A DNA stretch of 64,000 bases from positions 1,488,001 through 1,552,000 of the forward strand of contig JBNJNM010000021.1 of the NCBI GenBank assembly GCA_052426225.1. Direction: 5' to 3'. The position numbers and the translations under genes were made by a program. This document shows, piece by piece, positions 1 to 10,668 of this stretch (positions within the stretch are counted from its first letter, which is position 1; the number at the start of each line of letters is the position of its first letter). The notes below the pieces were generated by a model, which saw only the letters and a program-made list of their open reading frames with translations, was not told the origin of the DNA and did not search any database. The DNA comes from Zancudomyces culisetae HAW-14-8 (taxonomy: Eukaryota > Fungi > Kickxellomycota).

Positions 1-1
1 C

Positions 2-1078
2 AAAAGATTCAAAGAAAAATATGGTACTACAGATTCAAAGGAGAAAATTTGGAATCGGTTGCGATCGATTAAACAGTCTGAATTTGATAGTATAGAAGAA
101 CTTGAAGTGGAGTTGAATCATTTACTAAATAAAGCTAACATCAAAGATATTGGGAACAGATTCGATTTTTTAGTTAGTACACTTAGAGTAGGATTTAAAG
201 AGAAAGTTGAAGAAAACAGCATAACTGAGTGGGATAAATTAATTGAATTAATCACAAAGGTTGAGGATGGCTCAGTGGTAAGTCCAAAGAAAGGGGATCA
301 CAAGGATTCTAAAGTTCAAGCGAAGGATTATACCACGAACGCTGCATCAAAAGGGAAAAGTGTTAAGGAAATTGCAAAAAACTCAGTAGCGTACAGTGAC
401 ATGATGAAAAGATTCGAGGAAATGAGTGTGAGTCTGATCACAAAAGTAGAGCAAGTAGTTGATCAAAAACTTAAGGAAGCGGCTACAAGTAATAGAAGAG
501 TACAGCCCTTTGTGGTAAAATGTTATTCGTGTAATGAAATAGGCCATCGTAAGTATGAGTGTCCGAAGATAAAAGAAAGCGGTTCAAGCGATGGTAGCAA
601 GGTAGACATTCAAAAGAACATAAATTATATTGAGGTAATTGAGAACCATAGTGCAGTGGAAGACGATGCACAGGTGTATGCAATTGATAAAAGAAAGCAC
701 AGTGACATAGCCAGTGGAGCAACAGAACAACGCCCTACTAAGTACAGGACCGCACGCACTAGGGGAGTCCACTCTACACCGGAAGAGACCAGTGGTGTGG
801 CCCATCCGACAGCGGAAGTTGGGGATGAATCGCTGGGAGATGAGAATAGGCTAGAATCAAACATTTCAAGAGGTAAAAACTACCAGCTGTTGAAAGGCAC
901 CAACAAGACCTTCTCCATTATCGAAGAGTTGCGCAAGGTCTACCCAAAAATTGATGCTTTACAGTTAATTGAGAATGCCCCAATATACTCAGAAGAGTTG
1001 AAGAGCTTCCTCAAAAAGGACAAGATTATGGAACTAAACGAAATACAAGTTCAAGAAAGAAAAACATCTAATTGCTGA
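2..1078 (+). CDS. gag: Gag of element A (5' partial; ends at in-frame TGA)
   Basis: Frame open from base 2; CYSCNEIGHRKYEC zinc knuckle; TGA falls where sister elements have K/R (TSNC-K). Confidence 0.85.
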   Translation, partial: KRFKEKYGTTDSKEKIWNRLRSIKQSEFDSIEELEVELNHLLNKANIKDIGNRFDFLVSTLRVGFKEKVEENSITEWDKLIELITKVEDGSVVSPKKGDHKDSKVQAKDYTTNAASKGKSVKEIAKNSVAYSDMMKRFEEMSVSLITKVEQVVDQKLKEAATSNRRVQPFVVKCYSCNEIGHRKYECPKIKESGSSDGSKVDIQKNINYIEVIENHSAVEDDAQVYAIDKRKHSDIASGATEQRPTKYRTARTRGVHSTPEETSGVAHPTAEVGDESLGDENRLESNISRGKNYQLLKGTNKTFSIIEELRKVYPKIDALQLIENAPIYSEELKSFLKKDKIMELNEIQVQERKTSNC

Positions 1079-1081
1079 ATA

Positions 1082-4000
1082 ATGGTGCAAGTATTCGGAC
1101 AAAAATTGTGGGCAGTGGTGGATACAAGGGCGGCTTGCTCCGTTGTTACTTACAACCTAATGGAGGGTTGGGGATTGGACATGGATAGTAAAAGTGGGCT
1201 AACATTAGTGACGGCGGATGGGAAGAGGCATAACACCCTAGAAAGGTTGTCACAGGTGCCGTTAATGATTGCAAGCTTCATATTACCAGTAAATCTGATC
1301 GTTATGTCCAGAAATGACGATACTCTTATCCTAGGAACCGATTGGTTACTACAACATAAGGCTTCGTTGAATCTTAAAGTACCTGAACTAAGGATACCAA
1401 TCGAAAACGTGGAAGTAGTTACAAGGCTAGAAACATCCGCAGATTTGAATATGGAAGATGAAAAAGCTGAACTGTACGCTATCTTAAAGCAAGGACCAGT
1501 AGGAAGAGGATCGTGCCTGGAGGTGGAGCTTGAAAGTGTAATCCATAAGTATAACAACATCTTTGTTAGCGACCTTTCCGAGCTCACTCAAACTAGCGTG
1601 ATAGAACATCGTATCCAGGTAAAAGATGAGACACCTATCAAGCTCAGGCCTTACCGGATACCGCATAGGCAGCAAGAGCAGGTATTGCATGAATTAAAGG
1701 AAATGGAAAAACAGGGAATTATTTCACCGACAACTTCTGAATGGTGCGCTCCAGTGGTGATAGTCCATAAGAAAAACGGAAAGATACGCGTCTGCGCCGA
1801 CTACCGGAGGCTCAATGAGGTGACAAGAAAGGATAGTTATCCGCTCCCTGTTATCGCAGATCTGTTCATGGCTTTGTCTGGCGCGGTTGTGTTTAGCTGC
1901 CTTGACGCCATGAGCGGATTTTGGCAGATCCGTATGCATAGCGCCGACAAAGCAAAAACAGCCTTTGCCATCCCAGGGAGTGGCGCTTTTGAATATAACG
2001 TCATGCCGTTTGGACTAACGAATAGTCCGGCGACGTTCCAACGCGCAATGGAAAAAGTACTACAACCTCTGTTATGGAAGTGTGCCGTAGTTTTTGTGGA
2101 CGATATTATCGTCTTCTCGAAAGAAATCAATAAGCATGCGGAAGATTTGGATAAGGTTTTAGCATTATTAGAAAAGAATCAAATACAGCTCCACCGGGAT
2201 AAATGCGTTATAGGATTTACAGAACTCGAATATCTAGGGCACACAATATCCGCCAAGGGGATAGGAACCAGCCCAAAGAAAGTGGAAGCTATAAACAATA
2301 TAAAGGCTCCGACGTGCGTTAAGGAATTGCAATCGGCATTAGGGATGACTGGATATTACAGGAAATATATTCCTAACTATTCTCGGGTCACCAGTCCCTT
2401 AACGCAACTACTGAAGAAGTCTGTAAAATGGGAATGGGGTGGCGAGCAGGAAGATGCGCTTAGACAATTGAAGGTATTGATGTCTTCTGCACCGGTATTA
2501 GGTCATCCAGACTGGACCGTCGAGTTTGTGATCACCACGGACGCATCAGCAATAGGAATAGGAGGTGTGTTATCTCAGATTACCAGCGAAGGTGAGAAAA
2601 TAATAGAGTATGCAAGCCGAACCACCACTCCAGCAGAAAAAAACTACTCCATAAGCCATTTGGAAGGCTTGGCCGTGGTTTGGTCAGTTAAAAAGTTCAA
2701 ATTCTACGTATGGGGTAGAAAGTTCAGAATCAGAACCGACCACAAGTCGTTAATCCAATTGTTCAATAGCCCAGATATAACAGGTCGTGTTGCACGCTGG
2801 GCTATGGTCCTACGTAGTTTTGATTATACCATAGAGCATTTACCCGGAATTATCAACCCAGCCGATGCTCTGTCTCGACTAGTTACTGAGAATGAGAATG
2901 AACAGGATGATGTAGAGCTCGACGTGTTTGCCATGGAAATTTTAGAATACGAAGATATAAAACAGTACCTTACGGAAAAGAAGTTACCAGACAATATAGA
3001 TGTGGAGTTCAAAGAAAGGCTAAAGAGAAGATCTAAACTATATAAAATCGATAAGGGTAAACTAATGAAAGAAGTAAAAGGATGTTTGAAAGAGGTTTTG
3101 CATCGAGGAAATTTCCGCCAAGTAGTTGAGTCAATACACAACGAAGGGCACGAAGGCATAGAAAACACCTGGTTGCGTGTATCACAGAGGTATACCAGTA
3201 GGAATATATATAGAGAGGTCAAGGAAATCGTAAAGTGTTGCCCGGTATGCCAATTATACAAGGGTAGTAAAAGTAAAAGGCATCCACTGGTTCCAATAGT
3301 TACGACGAAACCTTTCCAGATAGTCGGAATTGACGCAATCGGGCCAATAGCACCGATTTCCGCTAGTGGAAACAGGTTCATCTTGACGGCTATAGACCTG
3401 TTCACGAAATGGCCTATTGCATTAGCTGTACCCAATATACAAAGTAACACCGTAATAAATTTCCTTATAAATGAGGTCATAGCACCATTTGGAGTACCTC
3501 AACAACTGATTAGTGACCGTGGGTCCAGCTTCCTATCTGAATGTGCGACTCAAGTGTACGAGTGGTTGGGTATACACCACACTCCCACGACCTCGTACAG
3601 GCCTCAGAGTAATGGTCAGACGGAACGACTGAACCAAACTCTCATGAATGTATTGATTAAGCAATGTCGGAATGATAAACAGAAGTGGGATGCCTACCTA
3701 TGGAAAACTCTACTGGTAATACGAACTTTGAGAAATAAATCGATTGGATACAGTCCGGCGGAGATGCTGTATGGCGTTGAGCTTTCACTACCCACTACAT
3801 GGAAGTACAATGGAGAAATTGAAAACGTAGAGGAATTGATTTTAAGCAGGGTGAAACAGATAAATGACGACTTACCTGTGTTGAGAAATCTGGCTCATAA
3901 GAGTTCTATCGAAGCCAAAAGTTCACAGGCAACAAGGTATAACAAGGGTGTCACGTACCATAGGTTTGAGGTAGGTGAGAAGGTTCTTAAGTTGGTAGAC

Positions 4001-4234
4001 ATGGAGAGGTCAAAACTCGAACATTATTGGGAAGGCCCCTACACGGTTGAAAGAGCTTTAAGCAAGGGTGCGTATGTTATAAGTGATCAAGAAGGTAACA
4101 GAGAATTAGCTCATGGAGATATGCTTAAGAAGTACCACACCAGCAACTATATGATTCCGGATGTAACAACGACACTGAAGACTAAGTTGAAGCGATTTAA
4201 GCAGTCCCGGCGGAATGAGGGCATCCGCGCTTAA
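1082..4234 (+). CDS. pol: Pol (protease, RT, RNase H, integrase) of element A
   Basis: VDTRAA protease site (G>R variant), MPFGL and FVDD RT motifs, TDAS RNase H, HHCC plus DDE integrase, GPY; same frame as gag. Confidence 0.93.
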   Translation: MVQVFGQKLWAVVDTRAACSVVTYNLMEGWGLDMDSKSGLTLVTADGKRHNTLERLSQVPLMIASFILPVNLIVMSRNDDTLILGTDWLLQHKASLNLKVPELRIPIENVEVVTRLETSADLNMEDEKAELYAILKQGPVGRGSCLEVELESVIHKYNNIFVSDLSELTQTSVIEHRIQVKDETPIKLRPYRIPHRQQEQVLHELKEMEKQGIISPTTSEWCAPVVIVHKKNGKIRVCADYRRLNEVTRKDSYPLPVIADLFMALSGAVVFSCLDAMSGFWQIRMHSADKAKTAFAIPGSGAFEYNVMPFGLTNSPATFQRAMEKVLQPLLWKCAVVFVDDIIVFSKEINKHAEDLDKVLALLEKNQIQLHRDKCVIGFTELEYLGHTISAKGIGTSPKKVEAINNIKAPTCVKELQSALGMTGYYRKYIPNYSRVTSPLTQLLKKSVKWEWGGEQEDALRQLKVLMSSAPVLGHPDWTVEFVITTDASAIGIGGVLSQITSEGEKIIEYASRTTTPAEKNYSISHLEGLAVVWSVKKFKFYVWGRKFRIRTDHKSLIQLFNSPDITGRVARWAMVLRSFDYTIEHLPGIINPADALSRLVTENENEQDDVELDVFAMEILEYEDIKQYLTEKKLPDNIDVEFKERLKRRSKLYKIDKGKLMKEVKGCLKEVLHRGNFRQVVESIHNEGHEGIENTWLRVSQRYTSRNIYREVKEIVKCCPVCQLYKGSKSKRHPLVPIVTTKPFQIVGIDAIGPIAPISASGNRFILTAIDLFTKWPIALAVPNIQSNTVINFLINEVIAPFGVPQQLISDRGSSFLSECATQVYEWLGIHHTPTTSYRPQSNGQTERLNQTLMNVLIKQCRNDKQKWDAYLWKTLLVIRTLRNKSIGYSPAEMLYGVELSLPTTWKYNGEIENVEELILSRVKQINDDLPVLRNLAHKSSIEAKSSQATRYNKGVTYHRFEVGEKVLKLVDMERSKLEHYWEGPYTVERALSKGAYVISDQEGNRELAHGDMLKKYHTSNYMIPDVTTTLKTKLKRFKQSRRNEGIRA

Positions 4235-4989
4235 AAGGGGGGAGCTGTCATATAGCAAATTGACAATTGATTCGTAACTGGTTACGAATCCGAAATGCAT
4301 TAGTTTTTTTTATCCTAGTGATTTTTTCTAATAACATTTCGTTTTTAAATATAATTTTTTAGTAGTATCTTATATAAGAGTTTTTTAGTTAGTTTTTTAT
4401 AAATGTTACACAATAAATAGTTAATTTAGGAAAAAAGATATACAACTTAGGTCTGAAATAGAACATAGTAATATTTAAAAATAGAATAACATAGTTTTAT
4501 ATTTAGCATAGTAGTATTAAATATAAGAGATACTAGCATAAAAACGTTAGTATCTGACAAATAAAATGTCATATAGAAATGGATGGATTACCCCTTGTCA
4601 GAAATTGGTTAGGTAATTTATTAATGAGTCATAGTATTATTATTATTAATATTATTATTATTATTATTATTATTATTATCATTTTATTGGGAAGATTGGA
4701 CTTTTCTCCCTAGGAGGGTTTTTTCCTACTTCCTTGATAACAAGTTCGTGTTATCATTACTTTTATATAGGAGTTTGGATTTCTAGTTTTAAGAAAAAGA
4801 TTATTATCAATTTTTATTAAGTATATCATAAAAAATAAACTACAATAGTAAAATATAACAAGTGTCTACACAAAACTCAGTTATTAACATAAACGGTGAG
4901 CTTAAACACTATCCGTGAAGGAAGTAACTAGTGTATTGACACTGTGCACCCATAACGGGTAATATAATATAAATTTTAAATATTACAAT

Positions 4990-5007
4990 TGGCGCTCCCA
5001 GCTAGGC
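4990..5007 (+). promoter_or_regulatory. Primer-binding site tggcgctcccagctaggc (tRNA with G73, possibly Asn)
   Basis: Starts TGG 2 nt after LTR end; identical 18-mer at 47239-47256 (minus) in element G. Confidence 0.85.
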
Positions 5008-5098
5008 GCAACGCCAGTGGGCTACAGATAACAGTTATAGAAAATACTAATAGTTGAGGTCAAATTTAGTTAAAAGATAAGCCGGAAAAAGATAAGAA

Positions 5099-8000
5099 AT
5101 GAAGGTGCCAGAGACGTTTGATTGTACCAGTGGTATGGACCCAAAGGAATGGGTAGGAAAATACAGGATAATTGCAAAACTTAACAAGTGGGATGAAGAT
5201 GACTGGATCGATTTCGTACAACTACACTTGGGTAAGCGAGAGCTGGTTTGGTACAAGAGAAACACTCTCAAGTTCACTTCGTGGGAAGAATTTACTAAAC
5301 AGTTTATTACCAAATTTGGACCAAAAGACCAAAGTTTAAAATACTTGGAGCAGTTGAAAACAATTAGTCAAGATGAATTCGAAACTATTGAGGAGTTAGA
5401 ATACGAGCTAGAGGAACTGCTAACAAAGTCAAAAATCACTGAAGAGAAGCAAAAGCTTAACTGGTTGCTTAGCGCGTTAACTACAGAGAATAGAATAAGA
5501 GTAAGGGATGCAGGAGTTGAAAGCTGGACAGAGATTGTTGAACTAATAAGTAAAGATGAACAACAATTAGCTATACAGCGAAAGCCAAGTGCTATTGAAA
5601 AAGAAAACAATAAAAAACAAACTAAACCACGCATTCAGCTTCCGCATTCGGGCAGGCCGATTAAGGATATGGCCCAGGAAAAGTTAGGTTACGGAGAAAT
5701 GGTTAAGAAGATGGAGGAGTGGAGTTTGAATCTCCTCACCAAGGTTGACGAGTTGATGGAAAACAAGCTCCGGGAGCATCGTAGACCCAGACCACAGTCA
5801 TACACCAGGGGTCCCATCAAGTGTTTTAAGTGTGGGGTCGAAGGACACAAAGTACCAGATTGTCCAGAGCAGAGTAAAGTACAAGATACCAGTGTAAATT
5901 TTATTGAACTTTCTACTGGTAACGAGGAAGACACCGACGTATTTGCAGTACAGAGAGGTATACATCCAAGGGGAGTACAAAAACCATATGACTTTAGTAA
6001 TAAGAAGATGACTCCAATTACTACCCATACAAGGATGTCACAACGCAACATGGATGAAGTGCGAGCAGAAATGGAGGTAGAGCCACCAGCTAAACCTCAA
6101 GTGGTTGGAACAGCGAAAGATCATGCAACAAAAGAGGAGCCACCAAAAAGCAGAAATAAGTTGATACCAAAGATTACAGAAGGTATAGAACCATTTAGCT
6201 TAGTGGAGGACCTGAAGAGTTACTACCCTCATATAAGCCTACCCCAACTGATACAGGCTGCTCCACAATTAACACATGATATGAGTCAACTAGCAAAAAA
6301 GGTAAAAAAAGATGAGATAAACGAGATACGCCTGAATCCATCTAAGACATCCAGTTGCAAAATTGAGATCACCATATTTGGAAGGAGAATGTGGGCAGTT
6401 GTAGATACAGGGGCCGCGTGCTCTGTAGCTACTCCAAACTTAGTATATGGATGGGGTCTAATCACGGAGCAGTCGGATGGACAAGTGATAGTCACAGCGG
6501 ACGGCCGAAGGCATGCACCTCGGGGGATAATTAGAGATGTACCGGTGCAAATAGGAAAGTATATCTTCGCTACTGACATTACTATCATGGAAAGAACTGA
6601 CGATATTCTCATATTAGGAACGGATTGGCTTTTAGCCCACAAAACGAAACTAGATATGCAGAAAGGTGAACTAGCACTACCAGTAGGAAAACAATTATTG
6701 CTAGCACCCCTTTACACTCGCGTAGCAGCAGAAGGAGCAGATTCAGATGAAGCGGAAGTATATTTAGTGATCAGTGAACGTCAAGATGAGGGAACAGAGG
6801 AGGTAGCTATGGACCCGCGGGTCACGGAACTGATAGAGGAAAACAAAGAACTATTCATTGAGGATGTAGAACAGCTCACCCAGACGAATGTTACTCAACA
6901 TCGTATCGAGCTAACACAGGATACTCCCATCCGACAACGTCCATACCGCATACCATTCCACTTATATGAAAAGGTCCGTACTGAGCTAGAGATTATGGAG
7001 AAGAATGGCGTTATTGCGCCCTGCACATCGGAGTGGTGCTCACCCGTTGTAGCAGTCTGGAAAAAGAACGGTAAGCTCCGAATCTGTGCGGACTACCGCA
7101 AACTGAACCAAGTCACCCGGAAGGATTCCTATCCTCTCCCCACCATAGATGACATTTTTATGGCATTAGCTGGTGCCACCATATTTAGCTCGTTTGACGC
7201 CTTAAGTGGGTATTGGCAGATACCCATGGCGCTGGAAGATCGCGATAAAACTGCCTTCGCAATTCCTGGAAGTGGGACGTACTGCTATAACGTGATGCCG
7301 TTTGGGCTCACGAATAGCCCAGCCTCCTTCCAGCGAATGATGGAAAAAGCTCTCGCACCTGTGCTCTGGAAGACTACGGTCGTCTTCATAGATGATATTG
7401 TGGTATACTCGACGTCTTTTGAACAACATCTAGTCGATGTTCGTGAGGTCTTACAGCTACTTAAAACTAACAATATACAACTTCACAAGAATAAATGTAG
7501 TTTAGCCGTAAATTCGTTAACATACTTAGGACACACCATCTCAGGTAAGGGTATTGAGACGTGTATGGATAAAATAATTGCTATACAAAAAGCCGAGTCG
7601 CCGAAGTCGGTTAAGGAACTTCAATCGTTCCTTGGACTGACTGGTTACTACCGAAAGTTCGTGGAGAACTATGCCAGAATCGTAGCCCCGTTATTGAAGC
7701 TGCTCAAAAAGAATACAGTGTGGAGTTGGCAGTCGGAACATCAGTCAGCAGTAGAAGAACTAAAGAAACAACTTTGCGAGACTCCAGTTTTATCCCATCC
7801 AGATTGGACGCGGGAATTTATTGTTACAACGGACGCCTCCATTATAGGCATTGGGGCGATCCTCTCCCAGGAATTTGAAGACGGTGAAAGGCCGATTTGC
7901 TATTTGAGTCGCATTTTAAACCCACATGAGAGAAACTATTCAGTGGCACATTTAGAGGGACTTGCTGTAGTATGGTCCGTAAAGAAATTAAGACAATACT

Positions 8001-9520
8001 TGTGGGGTAAACATTTTACCATCCGTACTGACCACAAGGCGCTAATACAACTGTTTAATGGTAAAGACATAACCGGACGTGTCGCCCGTTGGGCAATGAT
8101 ACTCCGCAACTATAATTACTCCATAGTACATTGTATGGGAAAGCGAAACCCAGCTGATGCGCTGTCCAGGCTCCCAACCAATGAACCCTCGACTTCCATT
8201 GAAGAACTGGACATACTCACACTTGACTTCCTATATTACACTGCTATTACGACTTACTTGAGAGAGAAAGAGTACCCTAGAGGAGCAGATGAGAGGTTTC
8301 GGGAGAAGTTGCGTAACAAGGCACGGAAATATACACTGAAAAACGATAGACTGTGCCGTGTTATAAAAGGACAAGTCAAGGAGGTCCTGCACGAGAAAAA
8401 CATTGAGGTGACTATATCCACCATTCATGAAGAGGGACACAATGGTATAGAAAACACATGGCTAAAGGTGAAAGAGAAATACACTGGCGAAGGACTATAT
8501 GAAGTTGTGAAAAAAATAGTTAATGAATGTATCACCTGCCAAAGATATAAAGGTGGAAGAACACGAAGAAGCAACCTAAATCCTATATTTAGCCCGCGAC
8601 CATTCAGCATATTTGGATTAGATGCAATTGGACCCATCAATCCGGTGAGTAAAACAGGTAATAGATTTATTTTAACGGGAATTGATTACTTTACTAAGTG
8701 GCCAGTGGCCGCTGCAGTAAGTAATATAAAGACTGAGACCATTATTAGTTTTATACTAACCCATATTATTCAGTGGTTCGGGGTGCCTAGCCAAATCATA
8801 ACCGACCGCGGCTCAGGATTTGTGAGCGACTTGGCGGAACAGGTATATAAGGAATTGGGAATTCGTCACACACCGACAACGCCGTATCGCCCCCAAAGCA
8901 ACGGCCAAGTGGAACGGCTGAATCAAACCCTGAAGAATGCATTAGTGCGACAATGTCGAAAGGACAAACAAAACTGGGATAAGTTCATTTGGAAATCGCT
9001 ACTTGCAATCCGGACAATGAGAAACAAATCTACCAAGTATAGTCCTGCTGAGTTGCTATACGGAGTGCAAATTGCTACCCCTAGCGTATGGACTCCGCCT
9101 CCCGATGTTGACAATCTAGATATTGCAGTACAAGAACGAATTGATGCTATAAAATCATCATTGCCGGAGATGAGAACTGATAGTGTAAGGAATAACGTAC
9201 TCGCTAAAGAAAAGAATCGTGAATCATATAACAAGCAGGTTAAACCGTACAAATTCAATCAAGGGGACTTAGTACTAAAGATGACAGAGCAAACCCAGAG
9301 TAAGCTAGAGGAGATCTGGGAGGGACCCTATCAAGTGGAAAATGTATTATCCAAGGGAACTTATATAATAACGGATAACGAAGGGAAGAGAGATCTGGTC
9401 AATGGGGATATGCTAAAACAGTTTCACTACAGTAAGAACATGATACCTGAGGTGTCGTCTGCGTTACGTACCAAGTTAAGACGGTTTAAAAATGTCCCAA
9501 CGATAAGTCCAATCTGGTAG
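5099..9520 (+). CDS. gag-pol: Single-ORF Gag-Pol polyprotein, 1473 aa
   Basis: CFKCGVEGHKVPDC, VDTGAA, FIDD, TDAS, HHCC/DDE, GPY; no stop or frameshift. Confidence 0.97.
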   Translation: MKVPETFDCTSGMDPKEWVGKYRIIAKLNKWDEDDWIDFVQLHLGKRELVWYKRNTLKFTSWEEFTKQFITKFGPKDQSLKYLEQLKTISQDEFETIEELEYELEELLTKSKITEEKQKLNWLLSALTTENRIRVRDAGVESWTEIVELISKDEQQLAIQRKPSAIEKENNKKQTKPRIQLPHSGRPIKDMAQEKLGYGEMVKKMEEWSLNLLTKVDELMENKLREHRRPRPQSYTRGPIKCFKCGVEGHKVPDCPEQSKVQDTSVNFIELSTGNEEDTDVFAVQRGIHPRGVQKPYDFSNKKMTPITTHTRMSQRNMDEVRAEMEVEPPAKPQVVGTAKDHATKEEPPKSRNKLIPKITEGIEPFSLVEDLKSYYPHISLPQLIQAAPQLTHDMSQLAKKVKKDEINEIRLNPSKTSSCKIEITIFGRRMWAVVDTGAACSVATPNLVYGWGLITEQSDGQVIVTADGRRHAPRGIIRDVPVQIGKYIFATDITIMERTDDILILGTDWLLAHKTKLDMQKGELALPVGKQLLLAPLYTRVAAEGADSDEAEVYLVISERQDEGTEEVAMDPRVTELIEENKELFIEDVEQLTQTNVTQHRIELTQDTPIRQRPYRIPFHLYEKVRTELEIMEKNGVIAPCTSEWCSPVVAVWKKNGKLRICADYRKLNQVTRKDSYPLPTIDDIFMALAGATIFSSFDALSGYWQIPMALEDRDKTAFAIPGSGTYCYNVMPFGLTNSPASFQRMMEKALAPVLWKTTVVFIDDIVVYSTSFEQHLVDVREVLQLLKTNNIQLHKNKCSLAVNSLTYLGHTISGKGIETCMDKIIAIQKAESPKSVKELQSFLGLTGYYRKFVENYARIVAPLLKLLKKNTVWSWQSEHQSAVEELKKQLCETPVLSHPDWTREFIVTTDASIIGIGAILSQEFEDGERPICYLSRILNPHERNYSVAHLEGLAVVWSVKKLRQYLWGKHFTIRTDHKALIQLFNGKDITGRVARWAMILRNYNYSIVHCMGKRNPADALSRLPTNEPSTSIEELDILTLDFLYYTAITTYLREKEYPRGADERFREKLRNKARKYTLKNDRLCRVIKGQVKEVLHEKNIEVTISTIHEEGHNGIENTWLKVKEKYTGEGLYEVVKKIVNECITCQRYKGGRTRRSNLNPIFSPRPFSIFGLDAIGPINPVSKTGNRFILTGIDYFTKWPVAAAVSNIKTETIISFILTHIIQWFGVPSQIITDRGSGFVSDLAEQVYKELGIRHTPTTPYRPQSNGQVERLNQTLKNALVRQCRKDKQNWDKFIWKSLLAIRTMRNKSTKYSPAELLYGVQIATPSVWTPPPDVDNLDIAVQERIDAIKSSLPEMRTDSVRNNVLAKEKNRESYNKQVKPYKFNQGDLVLKMTEQTQSKLEEIWEGPYQVENVLSKGTYIITDNEGKRDLVNGDMLKQFHYSKNMIPEVSSALRTKLRRFKNVPTISPIW

Positions 9521-9938
9521 GGGAGTATCTGTCATATAGAAATGGATGGATTACCCCTTGTCAGAAATTGGTTAGGTAATTTATTAATGAGTCATAGTAT
9601 TATTATTATTATTATTATTATTATCATTTTATTGGGAAGATTGGACTTTTCTCCCTAGGAGGGTTTTTTCCTACTTCCTTGATAACAAGTTCGTGTTATC
9701 ATTACTTTTATATAGGAGTTTGGATTTCTAGTTTTAAGAAAAAGATTATTATCAATTTTTATTAAGTATATCATAAAAAATAAACTACAATAGTAAAATA
9801 TAACAAGTGTCTACACAAAACTCAGTTATTAACATAAACGGTGAGCTTAAACACTATCCGTGAAGGAAGTAACTAGTGTATTGACACTGTGCACCCATAA
9901 CGGGTAATATAATATAAATTTTAAATATTACAAAAGTT

Positions 9939-10011
9939 GGTCGCGTGGCCTAATCGATAAGGCGTCAGACTATGGGTCTGAAGATTGTGGGTTCGAGTCC
10001 TACCGTGATCG
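9939..10011 (+). tRNA. tRNA-Arg-derived gene with mutated anticodon loop (CT-ATG-GG); likely pseudogene
   Basis: 73 nt, 6 differences from tRNA-Arg(TCG) at 38558; B box GGTTCGAGTCC intact; T5 terminator follows. Confidence 0.85.
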
Positions 10012-10668
10012 TTTTTGTTAAAATAATATTATAGATTATTATTTTAATTTTGCGATGGCAAAGATATGATACCACGGATTTGAAAACAATATTTTTAAAT
10101 AATATCTTGCAGATGTATCTATATTTGGATTATTGATTGCTAGTAGAAGTTATTATATTATTCTTTATTAAACACTAATTTGTAATTATTAATATCTAAT
10201 AATACAATATAGAAAAGTAATGTTATTACTAGTAATACTTTTAAAGTATTACTTTGTTTACTGCACAACTTTAGTCATAAAAGGGATTCTGTTTACATAA
10301 TTATAAATATAATACTATACTGTTTCTACACATAATATATACATATCAACTGCAATATGTATAATTAACTACAATTAGATCGATACTTAAAGTTAGAATG
10401 TGTTAGATACCAATATTATACATAATAATTATGGTATTAACAAACTATCACACAGTTATTATTTGAAAGCTATTAAATAAATGTATATTTTAAAACACAG
10501 TTTTATAAATTATAACTATTAAAGCTTTATAAGTTATTAACAAGATTGTTAAACATATAGTTCATCAAAAAGAATTGTAACACCTTTTATACATTTTAGT
10601 TTGATATAAATATTAATATAAAATTATAACTTGTTTTAAACTAATTATATTAAATTATTAAGCAAATA

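Larger units (their letters stand above)
1..4559 (+). mobile_element. Ty3/Gypsy LTR retrotransposon A (5' part outside window), chromodomain-less
   Basis: Gag CCHC knuckle, PR-RT-RH-IN order, PPT aaaaggggggag at 4233-4244, 3' LTR 4246-4559 (tgtca...tgaca). Confidence 0.95.
4567..9932 (+). mobile_element. Full-length Ty3/Gypsy element B, apparently intact
   Basis: LTRs 4567-4987 and 9530-9932 appear identical except 18 bp of an (ATT)n tract; PBS 4990-5007; purine tract before 9530; ends 6 bp upstream of a tRNA gene. Confidence 0.97.

Noticed and set aside
1076-1078. Programmed stop-codon readthrough between gag and pol of element A
   Set aside because: The TGA sits at a K/R codon in sister elements that have one continuous ORF; a CGA>TGA mutation is simpler. 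The protease site is also mutated (DTR).
2090-2105. FxDD instead of YxDD in RT as a novelty
   Set aside because: FIDD/FVDD is known in several Ty3/Gypsy lineages; useful only as a lineage marker.
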